Assembly (NCBI GenBank): GCA_964430705.1
Contig: CAYSGJ010000217.1
Span: 218 to 64,217, forward strand
Origin: an uncultured Desulfobacterales bacterium
GTDB lineage: Bacteria > Desulfobacterota > Desulfobacteria > Desulfobacterales > C00003060
Reading direction: 5' to 3'
DNA length: 64,000 bases
Shown: in pieces, positions 1 through 9,149 of the stretch
Layout of the letters: the number at the start of each line of letters is the position of its first letter
How positions within the stretch are numbered: the first letter of the stretch is position 1
Made by a program: the position numbers and the translations under genes
The notes under the pieces: model-generated
What the model was told of the DNA's origin: nothing
The model's database searches: none
The model's input: only the letters and a program-made list of their open reading frames with translations

Positions 1-236
1 GCTCCATACCGGATTCTCTGGGGGCCGGAAGCCCATTGACGCAGCCAATGAATGAAGGGCCGCACTTCGTAGTAGGCACGCCCGCGCAGCTTTAGCAGTG
101 GCGGGCCTTCGCCTAGTGAGTGTAAATTTGCCAATGTCTTGGGGCTCAGCAAGTTCCCCGTCAGTTTGCCAACGTCCGCCCGCCGGAAACCCGGGGCAGG
201 CCATGCCTTCGCCATTTCGTCGAATAAATCTGCCAT
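1..236 (-). CDS. small AlpA/excisionase-like DNA-binding protein (partial; C-terminus beyond window edge)
   Basis: ATG at 236 is preceded by AAGGAGAA and the frame stays open to position 1. Translation: MADLFDEMAKAWPAPGFRRADVGKLTGNLLSPKTLANLHSLGEGPPLLKLRGRAYYEVRPFIHWL. This resembles the short HTH regulators of phages and genomic islands. It is absent from the ORF track because it is truncated. Confidence 0.4.
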   Translation of the reverse strand, partial: MADLFDEMAKAWPAPGFRRADVGKLTGNLLSPKTLANLHSLGEGPPLLKLRGRAYYEVRPFIHWLRQWASGPQRIRYG

Positions 237-317
237 GCTTTTCTCCTTTCGTGTCCTGGGGGCCTCGTAGGCTTCCCTTTTTAGCTTTGGGGAAATGTAT
301 TGCGCGGGGCAATGTAT

Positions 318-362
318 GTATCAACAGAAAAACAAACGCGGCGTTTTGTTTACTGTTGATAC
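318..362. repeat. 45-nt near-perfect palindrome
   Basis: GTATCAACAGAAAAACAAA-CGCGGCG-TTTTGTTTACTGTTGATAC. The outer 10 nt arms are perfectly complementary. It lies between two same-strand island genes. Confidence 0.8.
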
Positions 363-457
363 AACGCCTTTGCGTTCCGGGGGTTTGCCCCCTTCTAGTT
401 AAGGAAAAGTGAAAATAAGGCTCTGGCTTATTTTTAAGGCAGGGCTTTCAGGTCGGT

Positions 458-1408
458 TTAAATGGGTAGGTCGTCGCGGGTAAGCTCGCTTTCACAGCGT
501 TCGCGCCTTGCTATTTTGTCTTGCTGGCAGTAGGCCAGCACGTCGGGGCATAGCTCTTCACAGGCTTCACGGGCAGGGCATGTGTCGCAGGTTTTTTGAA
601 GCTCGGGCAGTCTCACTAGTTGAACTTCTCGCCGGAAATATGCTTTATCGTAAGGCCTATTTTCAATCAATTCATAAGCACGCCGAAAGGCTTTTTTTGC
701 CGCCGGCACTTTGATTTCAAGGGTCCGGCTTATTTCAAGGTAGGACTTCCGGTTGCGTCGAAGTCGATAAACCTTCAAGGCCTGCCAGGCCTCGGCTCGG
801 AACCGTGAACGGTCCGGCTCCCATTGCTCATAATTCTTGCGCCAGGCCTCGGGCACGTCCTCACTTGTTCGGTAGTACTCCACAGTATCAAGGTATCGCT
901 TGAATTCCTCGACAAGCTCCCCGCGCTTCCGGCTCAGGTCAATCTTTAGAATTCGCTCGGAAGGCTTCAGGGCTTCGGGCACTCGCTTCAATGGCGTTCC
1001 TGCTCGCCCTTCCAGGGGGGCTCCGGGGGTTTCAACTTGCATTGTTGCCGGGTGCTCACAAAACAAAAGGGGCAGCTTCTCGGGTATGTCGTCGGTTCGG
1101 GGGTCCAGGGCCGTCAGGGCCGCGCAGTAGGGGCCTTGCAGGCCGAAGGCATGCAGTCGGCTATTAAAGTCTGTCAGGGTGCTTACAGCCTCTTTGTGCA
1201 GCTCAAATGCCGCCGATATTTCAGCGTCACTTGTGGCGCTCTGCAACTCCCGGTTTAACTCTTCTGTCTCTTCGTAAGCTTGCCGGGCCTTGGGGGCATA
1301 TTCCGCCCAAAACTCACGGTAGCCCGCGCTTTCTTTTATCGGGGCCAGCCGCAGCCGCCAGTCTTCACGGGCACGGTCGTCATAACGAGTCGGGTCTTTG
1401 GTAGGCAT
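458..1408 (-). CDS. hypothetical island protein with HTH-like segment and C-terminal Cys cluster
   Basis: 316-aa ORF. The segment SYLEISRTLEIKVPAAKKAFRRAYELI resembles a sigma-70 region 4/LuxR-type HTH. The C-terminus carries CDTCPAREACEELCPDVLAYC. I recognise no enzymatic motif. Confidence 0.6.
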   Translation of the reverse strand: MPTKDPTRYDDRAREDWRLRLAPIKESAGYREFWAEYAPKARQAYEETEELNRELQSATSDAEISAAFELHKEAVSTLTDFNSRLHAFGLQGPYCAALTALDPRTDDIPEKLPLLFCEHPATMQVETPGAPLEGRAGTPLKRVPEALKPSERILKIDLSRKRGELVEEFKRYLDTVEYYRTSEDVPEAWRKNYEQWEPDRSRFRAEAWQALKVYRLRRNRKSYLEISRTLEIKVPAAKKAFRRAYELIENRPYDKAYFRREVQLVRLPELQKTCDTCPAREACEELCPDVLAYCQQDKIARRERCESELTRDDLPI

Positions 1409-1500
1409 GTCGCGGGTCCCTTTCCCGTCCTGAAGTGGTTCCCAGCCAGGGCGCCAGGGTTTGCGCCTTTTCGCGCCGTCGCGCTAGGCCGGGAATATGG

Positions 1501-2730
1501 TTATTCGTTCACCGCTTTTGCCGCCGTCTTTTTCTTGGGCGTTCGTGGTTTGCGTATTGTTCGCACAGCCCCTCTTAACGTGTCGTCGCTTGTGTGCGCG
1601 TATCGGGCCGTTGTTTTGAGGTCTTGGTGACCAAGCAGTTTTTGAATCGTGTAAATTGGGGTTTTATTGTTTACAAGCCAGCTCGCAAATGAGTGTCTTA
1701 AGCAGTGAAACGTCAACCGTTGCCGCCGGTCCGTGATTCCTTCGTTGAATCCCAGCTCCTTCGCCGCCCGGTCAAATGTGCTGCTTACCTCAACAATTTT
1801 TTTGCCGCCACGGCCGGGGAAAACCAACTGTTTCGGCTTCCCGGGGGTCCGGGCCGCCAGTATTTCTCGGGCCTGTTCATTCAAAAACACGGCCCGGGTC
1901 CTACTGTTTTTGGTGTCAAAAAGTGTCAGCTTGCCCTCTTCCAAGTCCACGCATTGCCACGTCAAGTTGAAAATTTCGCCAGCCCTCATGCCAGTATAAA
2001 GGCTCAGGGCCGCCATGTCGTGCAAGTCTTGGCTCCGAGAAGCCAACTCTTCCAGTAAAAGCGCCGCTTCGGCTTCGGTTAGGTATCGCACTTTTTGGTT
2101 GTCGAATTTCGGCCACTCCACCTTGGTTGTCGGAATTTGCCCAATGTCGCCACAATACAGGCCGTTCTTCCAGGCATAGCGAAAAACTTGGCGAATCACT
2201 TGAAGGGCGTAAAGTATGCTTCTGGGGCTTTTGCCTACTTTTTTCATGTCGCGCTTGATTCGCTCAATATCAATGGGGGCAACTTCAGTTAAAACTTTCT
2301 CGCCGATAACAGGGCTTATTCGAAGCCTGTAAAGGATTTCCTCGGCCTGCCAGCTTCGCTCGTTCCGTTTGTTCGCCTTGCTATGGGGCAGGAAGTGTTT
2401 TTCAAACAGCTCGCCAAAAGTAAGGGCCGCCCGTTCGGCTTCGGCTTTCTGGGCTTCCTGGGCCGCGCGTTCAGCCTCTTCCATGTCGCGCTTTTCCCGA
2501 AGGGTAAAGGGCCGCTCACCTCGCCGTTGATTCTCCTTAAGTTCGCTCAGAACACCGGCCGCCTTTTTCTCCGTCCAGCCTTGACTACTCCAACCTAAAG
2601 CCTCTTCGTAGTTTTTATTTGAGTGCCGATAATAAATCATATAATATCGGTCGAAATTGACGCCGTGCTTTCGCGTTTCATGGTAACGGCACCGTATGCC
2701 GGGTCTTAAACTCACTCTTTTTTTTGACAT
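1501..2730 (-). CDS. int: site-specific tyrosine recombinase / phage-type integrase
   Basis: The C-terminal catalytic motifs HCLRHSFASWLV and LGHQDLKTTARYAH are present. The start is placed at the internal ATG at 2730 (MSKKRVSLRPG...) rather than the track start at 2862. Confidence 0.9.
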   Translation of the reverse strand: MSKKRVSLRPGIRCRYHETRKHGVNFDRYYMIYYRHSNKNYEEALGWSSQGWTEKKAAGVLSELKENQRRGERPFTLREKRDMEEAERAAQEAQKAEAERAALTFGELFEKHFLPHSKANKRNERSWQAEEILYRLRISPVIGEKVLTEVAPIDIERIKRDMKKVGKSPRSILYALQVIRQVFRYAWKNGLYCGDIGQIPTTKVEWPKFDNQKVRYLTEAEAALLLEELASRSQDLHDMAALSLYTGMRAGEIFNLTWQCVDLEEGKLTLFDTKNSRTRAVFLNEQAREILAARTPGKPKQLVFPGRGGKKIVEVSSTFDRAAKELGFNEGITDRRQRLTFHCLRHSFASWLVNNKTPIYTIQKLLGHQDLKTTARYAHTSDDTLRGAVRTIRKPRTPKKKTAAKAVNE

Positions 2731-2916
2731 GATTTTTCCCCTTTTCAAAAGTTGTCCATAACCTGTCCATAAAAAATAATCGGAAACGGGGGGTTTTGTC
2801 GGGAACTCATGGGAAGGACTATAAAGATAATTTCCAATAGTGTCAAGGGTTTTCAACAACAAAAGGGATTCTTAAGGAAGTGTCGGGAAAGGCAAAAAAA
2901 AGGACTGGCAGTCATG

Positions 2917-2949
2917 AGGTCAGGGGTTCGATCCCCCTCAGCTCCACCA
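2917..2949 (+). other. orphan 3' fragment of a tRNA(Ala)-like or tmRNA gene (variable loop, T-arm, acceptor 3' strand, CCA); probable att site
   Basis: AGGTC-AGGGG-TTCGATC-CCCCT-CAGCTCC-A-CCA. No complementary 5' acceptor strand (GGAGCTG or GGGGCTG) and no D-arm is present in the 80 nt upstream, so this is not a complete gene. Confidence 0.6.
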
Positions 2950-3173
2950 AACAACATCTTGGGGCCCATTGCGGTTTTCCAAACGCCGTCTTGTTCAACC
3001 TACGCCAATCAAGCGCTGTGCGGGTTGGATGTTGAAGGCCACTCCTTTTGTCAGCCCAAAACCAGCCACAGCAGACTTTGCTGCTCGGCAAGTAGGTTGG
3101 CACTTTTTTAATACAATCCAGAAAACATGTAACTCCCCTTGTTTGTTCTCTATCCAAAAAGCGGGTGGCGAGA

Positions 3174-5435
3174 ATGATTGAAACAGCCGTACTTCATATC
3201 AGCGGGATGAGCTGCGCGGCTTGTGTGCGCCGGGTGGAAAAAGGCCTGGAAGCTCTTGACGGCGTTGCGGGCGCTACTGTGAATCTGGCTTCCGAGAAAG
3301 CCACAATCAGGTTCCGTCCTGAATTGGTCGATGTTGAGAAGCTGAAAGAAAAGGTTGCGGATCTGGGGTATCGCGCAGTTAATGTGGAGGAGCGAGAATA
3401 TGCGGGGTCGAAAAAAAACACCGGAGATCCCCAAGAAGATGCGCGGCAAAAAGAGATTAAAACCTTAAAAAACAGACTCATTGTTGGGGTAGCATTGAGT
3501 CTTCTTGTTTTCATGGGGTCGATGCAAGAATGGTTTTTCTTTCTGCGTTCCATTCCAAGACCCATTATGCTCTGGATTCTGCTTGTGCTTACCACACCCG
3601 CGGTCTTTTGGGTGGGCAGCAGGTTTTTTTTCGGTGCCATCAAGGCCGCACGACAAAAAACCTCCGACATGAACACCCTGGTGTCCCTAGGCGCTTTATC
3701 GGCGTATATATATTCCATCTCGGTGGTTTTGTTTCCTCGGTTTTTTGAGAAAGCGGATATTGAAAGCCATGTATATTTTGACGGTGCGGCCATGATTATT
3801 ACGCTCATTCTCTTGGGGCGATTACTGGAGGCGAGAACCAAGGGCAAGACCTCCTCGGCCATAAAAAAGCTGGTGCAATTGAAGCCCAAAACAGCTCGGG
3901 TGGTTAAAAACGGCAAAGAATCCGACATTCCTGTTGAGGCGCTTGAAAAGGGGGATGTGGTTTTGGTGCGGCCAGGAGAAAAGATCCCAACAGACGGCGT
4001 TGTGCTTTCAGGAACCTCTTTTGTGGACGAGTCTATGCTGACAGGGGAAAGCTTTTCCGTATCCAAAGATGTCGGGAGTTCGGTTTTTGCCGCCACAATG
4101 AACAAAAGCGGAAGTTTTCGGTTCGAAGCCACGAAGGTTGGCGCACAAACGGCTTTGGCCCAGATCATCCGTCTGGTTGAAGAAGCCCAGGGGTCGAAGG
4201 CGCCGATTCAGCGCATGGCGGATAAAGTGGCCTCTATTTTTGTGCCGGTGGTTGTTTGCATTGCCGTCGTGACGTTTCTGATCTGGTTTTTCGTGATTCC
4301 GGAGCCTGTGTTCAGCCGGGCGCTGTTGAATTTCGTGTCGGTGTTGATCATCGCCTGTCCATGCGCTATGGGACTTGCTACGCCGACGGCGGTTATGGTG
4401 GGGACGGGGTTGGGCGCTGAAAACGGAATTCTCATAAAAGGCGGCGAAACGCTGGAAAATGCCTGCCGGGTGACCACCGTGGTGTTCGACAAAACAGGCA
4501 CCTTGACCAAAGGAGCACCGGAAGTCACGGATGTAGTGGCTTCAGAGGGAATTTCAGAAAAAAAAGTTTTGGAAGTTGCCGTGTCCATTGAAGCGTTGTC
4601 GGAACATCCGTTGGCAACCGCTATTGTTAAAAAAGGACAGGAAGAAGGTATCTCTGCGAAGAAGACGGAACGCTTTGAAGCGGTATCCGGTTTAGGGGCT
4701 AAGGCTGTTGTGGATGGGAAGAAATGCTTTCTTGGAAACCAGCGTTTCTTGAGGCTGCACGACATCGGCAAGCAAAAGATGGGCGTGCCGGAAGAACGGC
4801 TGGCGCAGCAAGGCAAAACGCTGGTTTTTGTGGTTGAAGCGGGGCTGCTTTTGGGAATCATTGCGCTTTCGGACGTCCCGAAGGATTCGGCGCCGTCAGC
4901 CATTGCCTTGCTAAAGGATATGGGGCTGGCCGTTGCCATGATAACGGGAGACAACGCCAAGACAGGGCGTAGCATTGGCCGTGTTGTTGGAATAGAGCGA
5001 ATTCTGGCCGAGGTGCTTCCATCCGATAAGGCTCAAGAGATCCGGCGGTTGCAAGACCGGGGAGAGATTGTGGCCATGGTTGGAGACGGGATTAACGATG
5101 CTCCGGCGCTGAAGACGGCGGACGTGGGTATTGCTATTGGAGCCGGCACCGACGTGGCCGTGGAGGCGAGCGATATTACCCTTATGAGAAACGACTTGGC
5201 CGGCATCGGCATGGCTATAAAACTGTCCTTTAAGACCATGAGGGTGATCAAACAAAATCTTTTCTGGGCTTTCTTCTACAATAGTCTCGGCATCCCTATT
5301 GCGGCCGGGGTGCTTTATCCTTTTTTCGGAATTCTCCTAAATCCGGTATTTGCGGCTGCGGCCATGGCGTTGAGTTCGGTCTCCGTGGTAGGCAATTCCT
5401 TGCGTCTCAAGCGATCATGGTCCCGAGCCCTCTAA
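3174..5435 (+). CDS. copA: copper-translocating P1B-type ATPase
   Basis: N-terminal HMA motif GMSCAACV, transmembrane CPC motif ([13 protein letters not shown]), phosphorylation site DKTGTLT and hinge GDGINDAP. An alternative GTG start lies at 3165. Confidence 0.95.
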   Translation: MIETAVLHISGMSCAACVRRVEKGLEALDGVAGATVNLASEKATIRFRPELVDVEKLKEKVADLGYRAVNVEEREYAGSKKNTGDPQEDARQKEIKTLKNRLIVGVALSLLVFMGSMQEWFFFLRSIPRPIMLWILLVLTTPAVFWVGSRFFFGAIKAARQKTSDMNTLVSLGALSAYIYSISVVLFPRFFEKADIESHVYFDGAAMIITLILLGRLLEARTKGKTSSAIKKLVQLKPKTARVVKNGKESDIPVEALEKGDVVLVRPGEKIPTDGVVLSGTSFVDESMLTGESFSVSKDVGSSVFAATMNKSGSFRFEATKVGAQTALAQIIRLVEEAQGSKAPIQRMADKVASIFVPVVVCIAVVTFLIWFFVIPEPVFSRALLNFVSVLIIACPCAMGLATPTAVMVGTGLGAENGILIKGGETLENACRVTTVVFDKTGTLTKGAPEVTDVVASEGISEKKVLEVAVSIEALSEHPLATAIVKKGQEEGISAKKTERFEAVSGLGAKAVVDGKKCFLGNQRFLRLHDIGKQKMGVPEERLAQQGKTLVFVVEAGLLLGIIALSDVPKDSAPSAIALLKDMGLAVAMITGDNAKTGRSIGRVVGIERILAEVLPSDKAQEIRRLQDRGEIVAMVGDGINDAPALKTADVGIAIGAGTDVAVEASDITLMRNDLAGIGMAIKLSFKTMRVIKQNLFWAFFYNSLGIPIAAGVLYPFFGILLNPVFAAAAMALSSVSVVGNSLRLKRSWSRAL

Positions 5436-5645
5436 AACGCACTGACAGGATGCCTGTTTGTTGTCTTGGCTGCCGAAAATTTTTTATGTGGGTCATATCC
5501 AAATCCATTGTGTTTAATGAGGGTAAAACAGGTGGGATATCTCCGGTGGACCAGCTGTGATCCTTGGGCCTATTCACCAATCAAATTGAAAAAATAATTT
5601 TGTAAACCATTGCTTCGGGGCGTCAAGCCTGAAATGGCTTTGCCC

Positions 5646-5675
5646 TTGACATCTTGAAGATCGTATTGGTAAAGA
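5646..5675 (+). promoter_or_regulatory. sigma-70-like promoter upstream of the universal stress protein gene
   Basis: TTGACA, 18 nt spacer, then TGgTAAAGA (extended -10-like). Confidence 0.3.
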
Positions 5676-5733
5676 CGAGTTTAAACCATTGGATACAGCC
5701 TTCAAACCTGTGACGCCGAAAAGGAGTAAAACA

Positions 5734-6207
5734 ATGGCCAAAAATATCTTGCTCGCATTGGATAACTCAAAGAATTCCATGAAAGCGGTCAAATTTGTGG
5801 CAAACGGGATCAACACGGACGCCTCCATTACCATGCTCAGCATTCTGCCGGACCCAACGTCGGGTTGCGGTTTGGATGGTCCGTCTCTGACACCGATTTT
5901 CCAAAAGAACAAGCAAACCTTTTGCGGCATTGAGGAGGCCAAAAAAGTCGCCATTGAAGAATTTTTGGGTGAGGCCAAGAAGATTCTGGTCAAAGCAGGG
6001 TTTCCTTCCAAAAATATTGCCGTCCGGGTGCGAAAAAAGAAATCGGGTATTGCCAGGGATATCTTAAAAGAGGCGAGGCGAAAAAAATACGATACCATCG
6101 TTGTCGGCAGGCGCGGATTGACGGGCATCAAACAGTTCCTGTTCGGCAGTGTTTCGAATAAAATTGTTCAGCTTGCGGAGAATGCGTCAGTGATCGTTGT
6201 AGACTGA
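5734..6207 (+). CDS. universal stress protein (UspA family)
   Basis: Begins MAKNILLALDNSKNS; C-terminal VVGRRGLTGIKQFLFGSVSNKIVQ is the Usp ATP-binding motif. AAGGAG RBS sits before the ATG at 5734. Confidence 0.85.
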   Translation: MAKNILLALDNSKNSMKAVKFVANGINTDASITMLSILPDPTSGCGLDGPSLTPIFQKNKQTFCGIEEAKKVAIEEFLGEAKKILVKAGFPSKNIAVRVRKKKSGIARDILKEARRKKYDTIVVGRRGLTGIKQFLFGSVSNKIVQLAENASVIVVD

Positions 6208-6259
6208 AAACGTCTTGATTGGCGGCAACACCGGGATGACAGAAATTGAAGGGTTCGTA

Positions 6260-6589
6260 CTAATGATGGCCTGTTTGTGAATGGCCGCCGGATATCACAT
6301 AAATAGCCGGCGAGTCCGTGGTGTTTTCCAGCCAAAAGGTCTCTTCTCCTTTTAGGTGAAAGGCCTGTCCTTCCTTGATTCCGCCCGATTCGTGGCCGGT
6401 AACCATAAACTCGCCTTTGATGGCTAAAAAGAGTTCTTCGTGGCCGCTGCCGGCCTTGAGTTGTCTGCCTTTTTCCATGGGGTTCATGCGGCCGTATATG
6501 AAATAGACCGCATGGCTTCCCGTTTGTTTAGCCCCCAGAATGTATTCGCCGGAGCCTTTCAGCTTTGTGTGTATATCGAATCGCTTCAC
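6260..6589 (-). CDS. cupin domain protein
   Basis: 109 aa with a Gly/His-rich beta-barrel pattern (GSGHEELFLAIKGEF...GQAFHLKGEE) typical of cupin_2. Confidence 0.65.
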   Translation of the reverse strand: MKRFDIHTKLKGSGEYILGAKQTGSHAVYFIYGRMNPMEKGRQLKAGSGHEELFLAIKGEFMVTGHESGGIKEGQAFHLKGEETFWLENTTDSPAIYVISGGHSQTGHH

Positions 6590-6658
6590 GTCGGAACTCC
6601 TTTGAGGATGGGGGGCAATATCCGGAGGTACAAGAAAAAACAGAAGGGAGAAAATTTG

Positions 6659-7006
6659 TTAACCGTCCTGTTTGGGATCTTCTAAAACAAACAAACCAAC
6701 CAAGACGTGTCCCTTAAACCGTCCGGCATCCTCTTTGGTGATATGCTTGATTTGGGTTTTCAGGGATTCTGCGGGTTGCGAAAAATCAGTGGTATGGTAT
6801 TTCATATCCAAAATGCGGCCGACCTCCAGGTCACTTAATATCTCAGAGTCATCTCTTACCAAAAGGCACATTCCCCTGGTAGATATATTCCATATCTTGA
6901 ACTGGTATAAATTGCCCATTTCGTGTACCTTGAACTCAACACTGTGATACTTTTCGAGCTCCGTTCTAGGCGTAGCCCTTTTTTCCAACCCGTTGTTTGT
7001 CAGCAT
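6659..7006 (-). CDS. PilZ domain protein (c-di-GMP receptor type)
   Basis: Both PilZ signatures are present: RxxxR (RATPR) and D/NxSxxG (NISTRG). Confidence 0.8.
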   Translation of the reverse strand: MLTNNGLEKRATPRTELEKYHSVEFKVHEMGNLYQFKIWNISTRGMCLLVRDDSEILSDLEVGRILDMKYHTTDFSQPAESLKTQIKHITKEDAGRFKGHVLVGLFVLEDPKQDG

Positions 7007-7186
7007 TCTTCTTTTCCAAAAAACAACACCCTGTCTTCTGTCGCGGGCATTGGGGTTTTTGAAGAATTACATTGTGGCATTTTCCGGGACAGTGTAAGCG
7101 GCCGGTTTCAAATCAAGGTCATGCGAAAAAAGCGGGCCATGAGTGTCAAACAGCACCTACGATACCCGATTCAATACAATCTGCAA

Positions 7187-7214
7187 ATTATCAATAAATC
7201 AGATGAGTAGTCAA
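7187..7214 (-). promoter_or_regulatory. sigma-70-like promoter for the PilZ gene (implies a ~170-nt leader)
   Basis: On the minus strand: TTGACT, 16 nt spacer, GATAAT. Confidence 0.4.
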
Positions 7215-7400
7215 GAAAAATTTCTGTTTTTATTCAATATGTTGATATGAGACAGAAAGTATAATCCCCCAATGGGCTCGGCGGCTTACGTGGATACCTC
7301 GTGTTCGGCCGGCTACGAAGGAGCAGAGAAATCTTCTGGTTGTACCCGTGGGATCCCATCTGCTCCATTGAAGATGTTCCACATGTCTTACCGTCATTGA

Positions 7401-8936
7401 CTACAACGTATCCGGAAATGACCCGGAAACCATATCCTGACCGAACACAGCGCACATGACCGGGTCTTTGTCTAAAGGGTGGGCGGCTCTGAAACGACAA
7501 CCGCCCTTGCAATCCAGCAGGTGGGGACAGGGGGCACATGCAAGATCGGTGAGCGCAATAGGTTTGGACTGTTTCCAGGCCCTTTCCAGGCCGTCGTCCA
7601 CTGAACCCAGGGGCGAGTCCGGAAAAAAGCCGCACTTAAGCACTTTTCCGGAAGCTGTCACCGTGCACAAATGGTACCCGCACGCGAAGGGTTCTTCTGA
7701 TCCATGGTAGCTTCCGCCTGTCGCGAAGCGAAGAAGCGGCGCCCCCTGTTCAGGGGTAACCTCCAGGTAAGGGTTTTTGGCAAGGCGTCCCGACTTACAG
7801 GGGACATCAATATTCCATTCCACAACTTCTCGTGCTTGAATCCAACGAGCGAGCCGTTCAAATTCCCCGATGTTGCCCTGATGGACCATCGTGGCGATGG
7901 ACAGAGCAATTCCCCGGCGTTGAACCGCTTCTATTGCTCTGACGGTGGGGGCGAAGGTGTTGGGACCTCTTAATGACTCATGGCCGTCCTTCAGTCCATC
8001 CAGACTGACCTGAATCTCATCGAATTGACACCACAGATCAGCATTTTTTTCCGCCAGCAATGCGCCGTTGGTAAGCAGGACCTTCCTGAAAGCAAAAGAA
8101 GGCAATGCATTATGTAACGCCCGAAGGTCCGGGTAGAGCAACGGTTCTCCACCCGAAAAGAGCATGCGAAGGCCGTGCATCTTCTCGAACTGCGTCAGGA
8201 CGGAAAAAGCCTGTGATAACGGCATGTCTATTGTCGGCTGATCGTCAAGGTAGCAGTGTTTGCACCGGAGGTTGCACCGGGATGTCAATTGGAGTTCAAG
8301 GTATCTCAGCGACGGCACGGGGGCCTTTCCGGGCGCCAGCCTGGGCGGGGTCTTGCCTGGGGCAATGACAAGCAGGTCTTCTTTTAAGCAAAATTCCAAG
8401 AAGCCTGCATCAACGGTAACGTCTGGAAGCGTTTGCATGCCGTCGCAGCAGCGCAGGAATTCAACAGCGGAGCCATCCAGCTCATAGAGTTCGTCTTTTT
8501 TGATATCATAGAGAAAAGGCTTTTCCAAGATCTTTAAGGTACAGTGGGCGTTCAGCGCGATATTGCCTTTCAGTGGCAGCAGCATCCTCAATAGTCGTTC
8601 GGCTGCAAGCGGCGAGTTTTGAAGAAGTTGAGTAATGGCGATGTAGCCGCCACAGGGCGGAGACGGTATGGCGGCGTTTTGCATGGCAAAATCACAACCA
8701 TCCACCAGGAATTCACACTGTTTACACAGGCACTGTTGAAGAAGACGGGGATACAAGTCCCGGAATGGTTTGTCGCGATGGCCGGCAAGCGCATTGGTGA
8801 ATTCCGGGCGTTCTTTAAGAAGTTGCCGGATAATCAAGAGGCCCCGACAGGAAAACTCCTCTTTGGAATTCGGCTTGTAAAACGAGCAATATTCGGCACA
8901 CACATGTTTTTGCGTTGTAGGATTTTTGACTTTCAA
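7401..8936 (-). CDS. radical SAM/SPASM-domain enzyme with PqqD-like RRE segment and extra Cys-rich N-terminal domain
   Basis: CX3CX2C motif (CNLRCKHC); C-terminal auxiliary-cluster cysteines (CGYHLC, CAPCPHLLDCKGGC); PqqD-like LYELDGSAVEFLRCCDGMQTL. The N-terminal ~130 aa contain 8 Cys. The start codon is TTG and therefore uncertain. Confidence 0.85.
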   Translation of the reverse strand: MKVKNPTTQKHVCAEYCSFYKPNSKEEFSCRGLLIIRQLLKERPEFTNALAGHRDKPFRDLYPRLLQQCLCKQCEFLVDGCDFAMQNAAIPSPPCGGYIAITQLLQNSPLAAERLLRMLLPLKGNIALNAHCTLKILEKPFLYDIKKDELYELDGSAVEFLRCCDGMQTLPDVTVDAGFLEFCLKEDLLVIAPGKTPPRLAPGKAPVPSLRYLELQLTSRCNLRCKHCYLDDQPTIDMPLSQAFSVLTQFEKMHGLRMLFSGGEPLLYPDLRALHNALPSFAFRKVLLTNGALLAEKNADLWCQFDEIQVSLDGLKDGHESLRGPNTFAPTVRAIEAVQRRGIALSIATMVHQGNIGEFERLARWIQAREVVEWNIDVPCKSGRLAKNPYLEVTPEQGAPLLRFATGGSYHGSEEPFACGYHLCTVTASGKVLKCGFFPDSPLGSVDDGLERAWKQSKPIALTDLACAPCPHLLDCKGGCRFRAAHPLDKDPVMCAVFGQDMVSGSFPDTL

Positions 8937-8952
8937 CGCGGCCGTCCGGAAA

Positions 8953-8983
8953 GAAGCCGGAACTATCAGTAAGATCCGGCTTC
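8953..8983 (-). terminator. hairpin between the micro-ORF and the radical SAM gene (possible attenuator or partial terminator)
   Basis: GAAGCCGGA, 13 nt loop, TCCGGCTTC (9-bp perfect stem). Only UUU follows on the minus strand. Confidence 0.3.
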
Positions 8984-9005
8984 TATTATAAAAGGGTTTG
9001 CCCTG

Positions 9006-9068
9006 TTAACAGGAACACTTACATTTACACATTCTTTTCCGATATTTCGTGACCTTTTTGATTTTCAT
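9006..9068 (-). CDS. candidate 20-aa Cys-rich peptide MKIKKVTKYRKRMCKCKCSC
   Basis: ATG to TAA read directly from the sequence, on the same strand as and 69 nt upstream of the radical SAM/SPASM gene. The SD is weak (GGCGGA). The ORF is too short for independent coding statistics. Confidence 0.25.
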   Translation of the reverse strand: MKIKKVTKYRKRMCKCKCSC

Positions 9069-9149
9069 CGTATGTTCCGCCTGTCCTGAAGTGTTTTCGC
9101 ATTTTCATAGCAAGGGTTAAAAAAAGGAATTGAAACCTTCTTGAAACGA

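Larger units (their letters stand above)
1..2949. mobile_element. end of an integrated genetic element (integrase-proximal end, bounded by a tRNA/tmRNA 3' fragment)
   Basis: A tyrosine integrase gene (1501-2730) lies next to an orphan T-arm/acceptor/CCA fragment (2917-2949). Two further island-type genes sit to the left. The element continues beyond the window start. Confidence 0.5.

Noticed and set aside
2873-2949. Possible complete tRNA or tmRNA gene ending at the CCA at 2949
   Set aside because: Only the variable loop, T-arm and 3' acceptor strand are present. There is no complementary 5' acceptor strand, D-arm or anticodon arm upstream. A ~360-nt tmRNA would have to overlap the integrase ORF.
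3194-4975. Long minus-strand ORFs (324 and 255 aa) antisense to copA. Similar antisense or shadow ORFs occur at 9174-10034, 10614-11318, 11201-12043, 14677-15348, 16806-17513, 28176-29048, 52134-52955, 60643-61554 and 62047-62736.
   Set aside because: All of them overlap confidently identified genes on the other strand. Their composition is low-complexity and rich in Arg, Pro, Ser and Gly, and they contain no family motifs. They are typical shadow ORFs of GC-rich coding DNA.
5450-5560. 36-codon ORF MPVCCLGCRKFFMWVISKSIVFNEGKTGGISPVDQL immediately after copA (possible metal-binding microprotein)
   Set aside because: It has no Shine-Dalgarno sequence and does not resemble FixS/CcoS-type peptides. 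A short ORF like this is expected by chance. It is mentioned only because of the CCxxC motif next to a copper pump.
7007-7186. c-di-GMP riboswitch in the long leader of the PilZ gene
   Set aside because: The GEMM-I/II signature sequences (GCAAA...ACGCAAAGC and similar) are not present, and only weak hairpins can be drawn.
7320-7366. Inverted repeat GGAGCAGA-31 nt-TCTGCTCC and a 44-codon ORF (MEQMGSHGYNQK...) downstream of the radical SAM gene, considered as a terminator, sRNA or follower peptide
   Set aside because: An 8-bp stem with a 31-nt loop and no U-tract is weak, and a pairing of this kind is expected by chance. The ORF has no RBS and no Cys-rich or otherwise precursor-like core.
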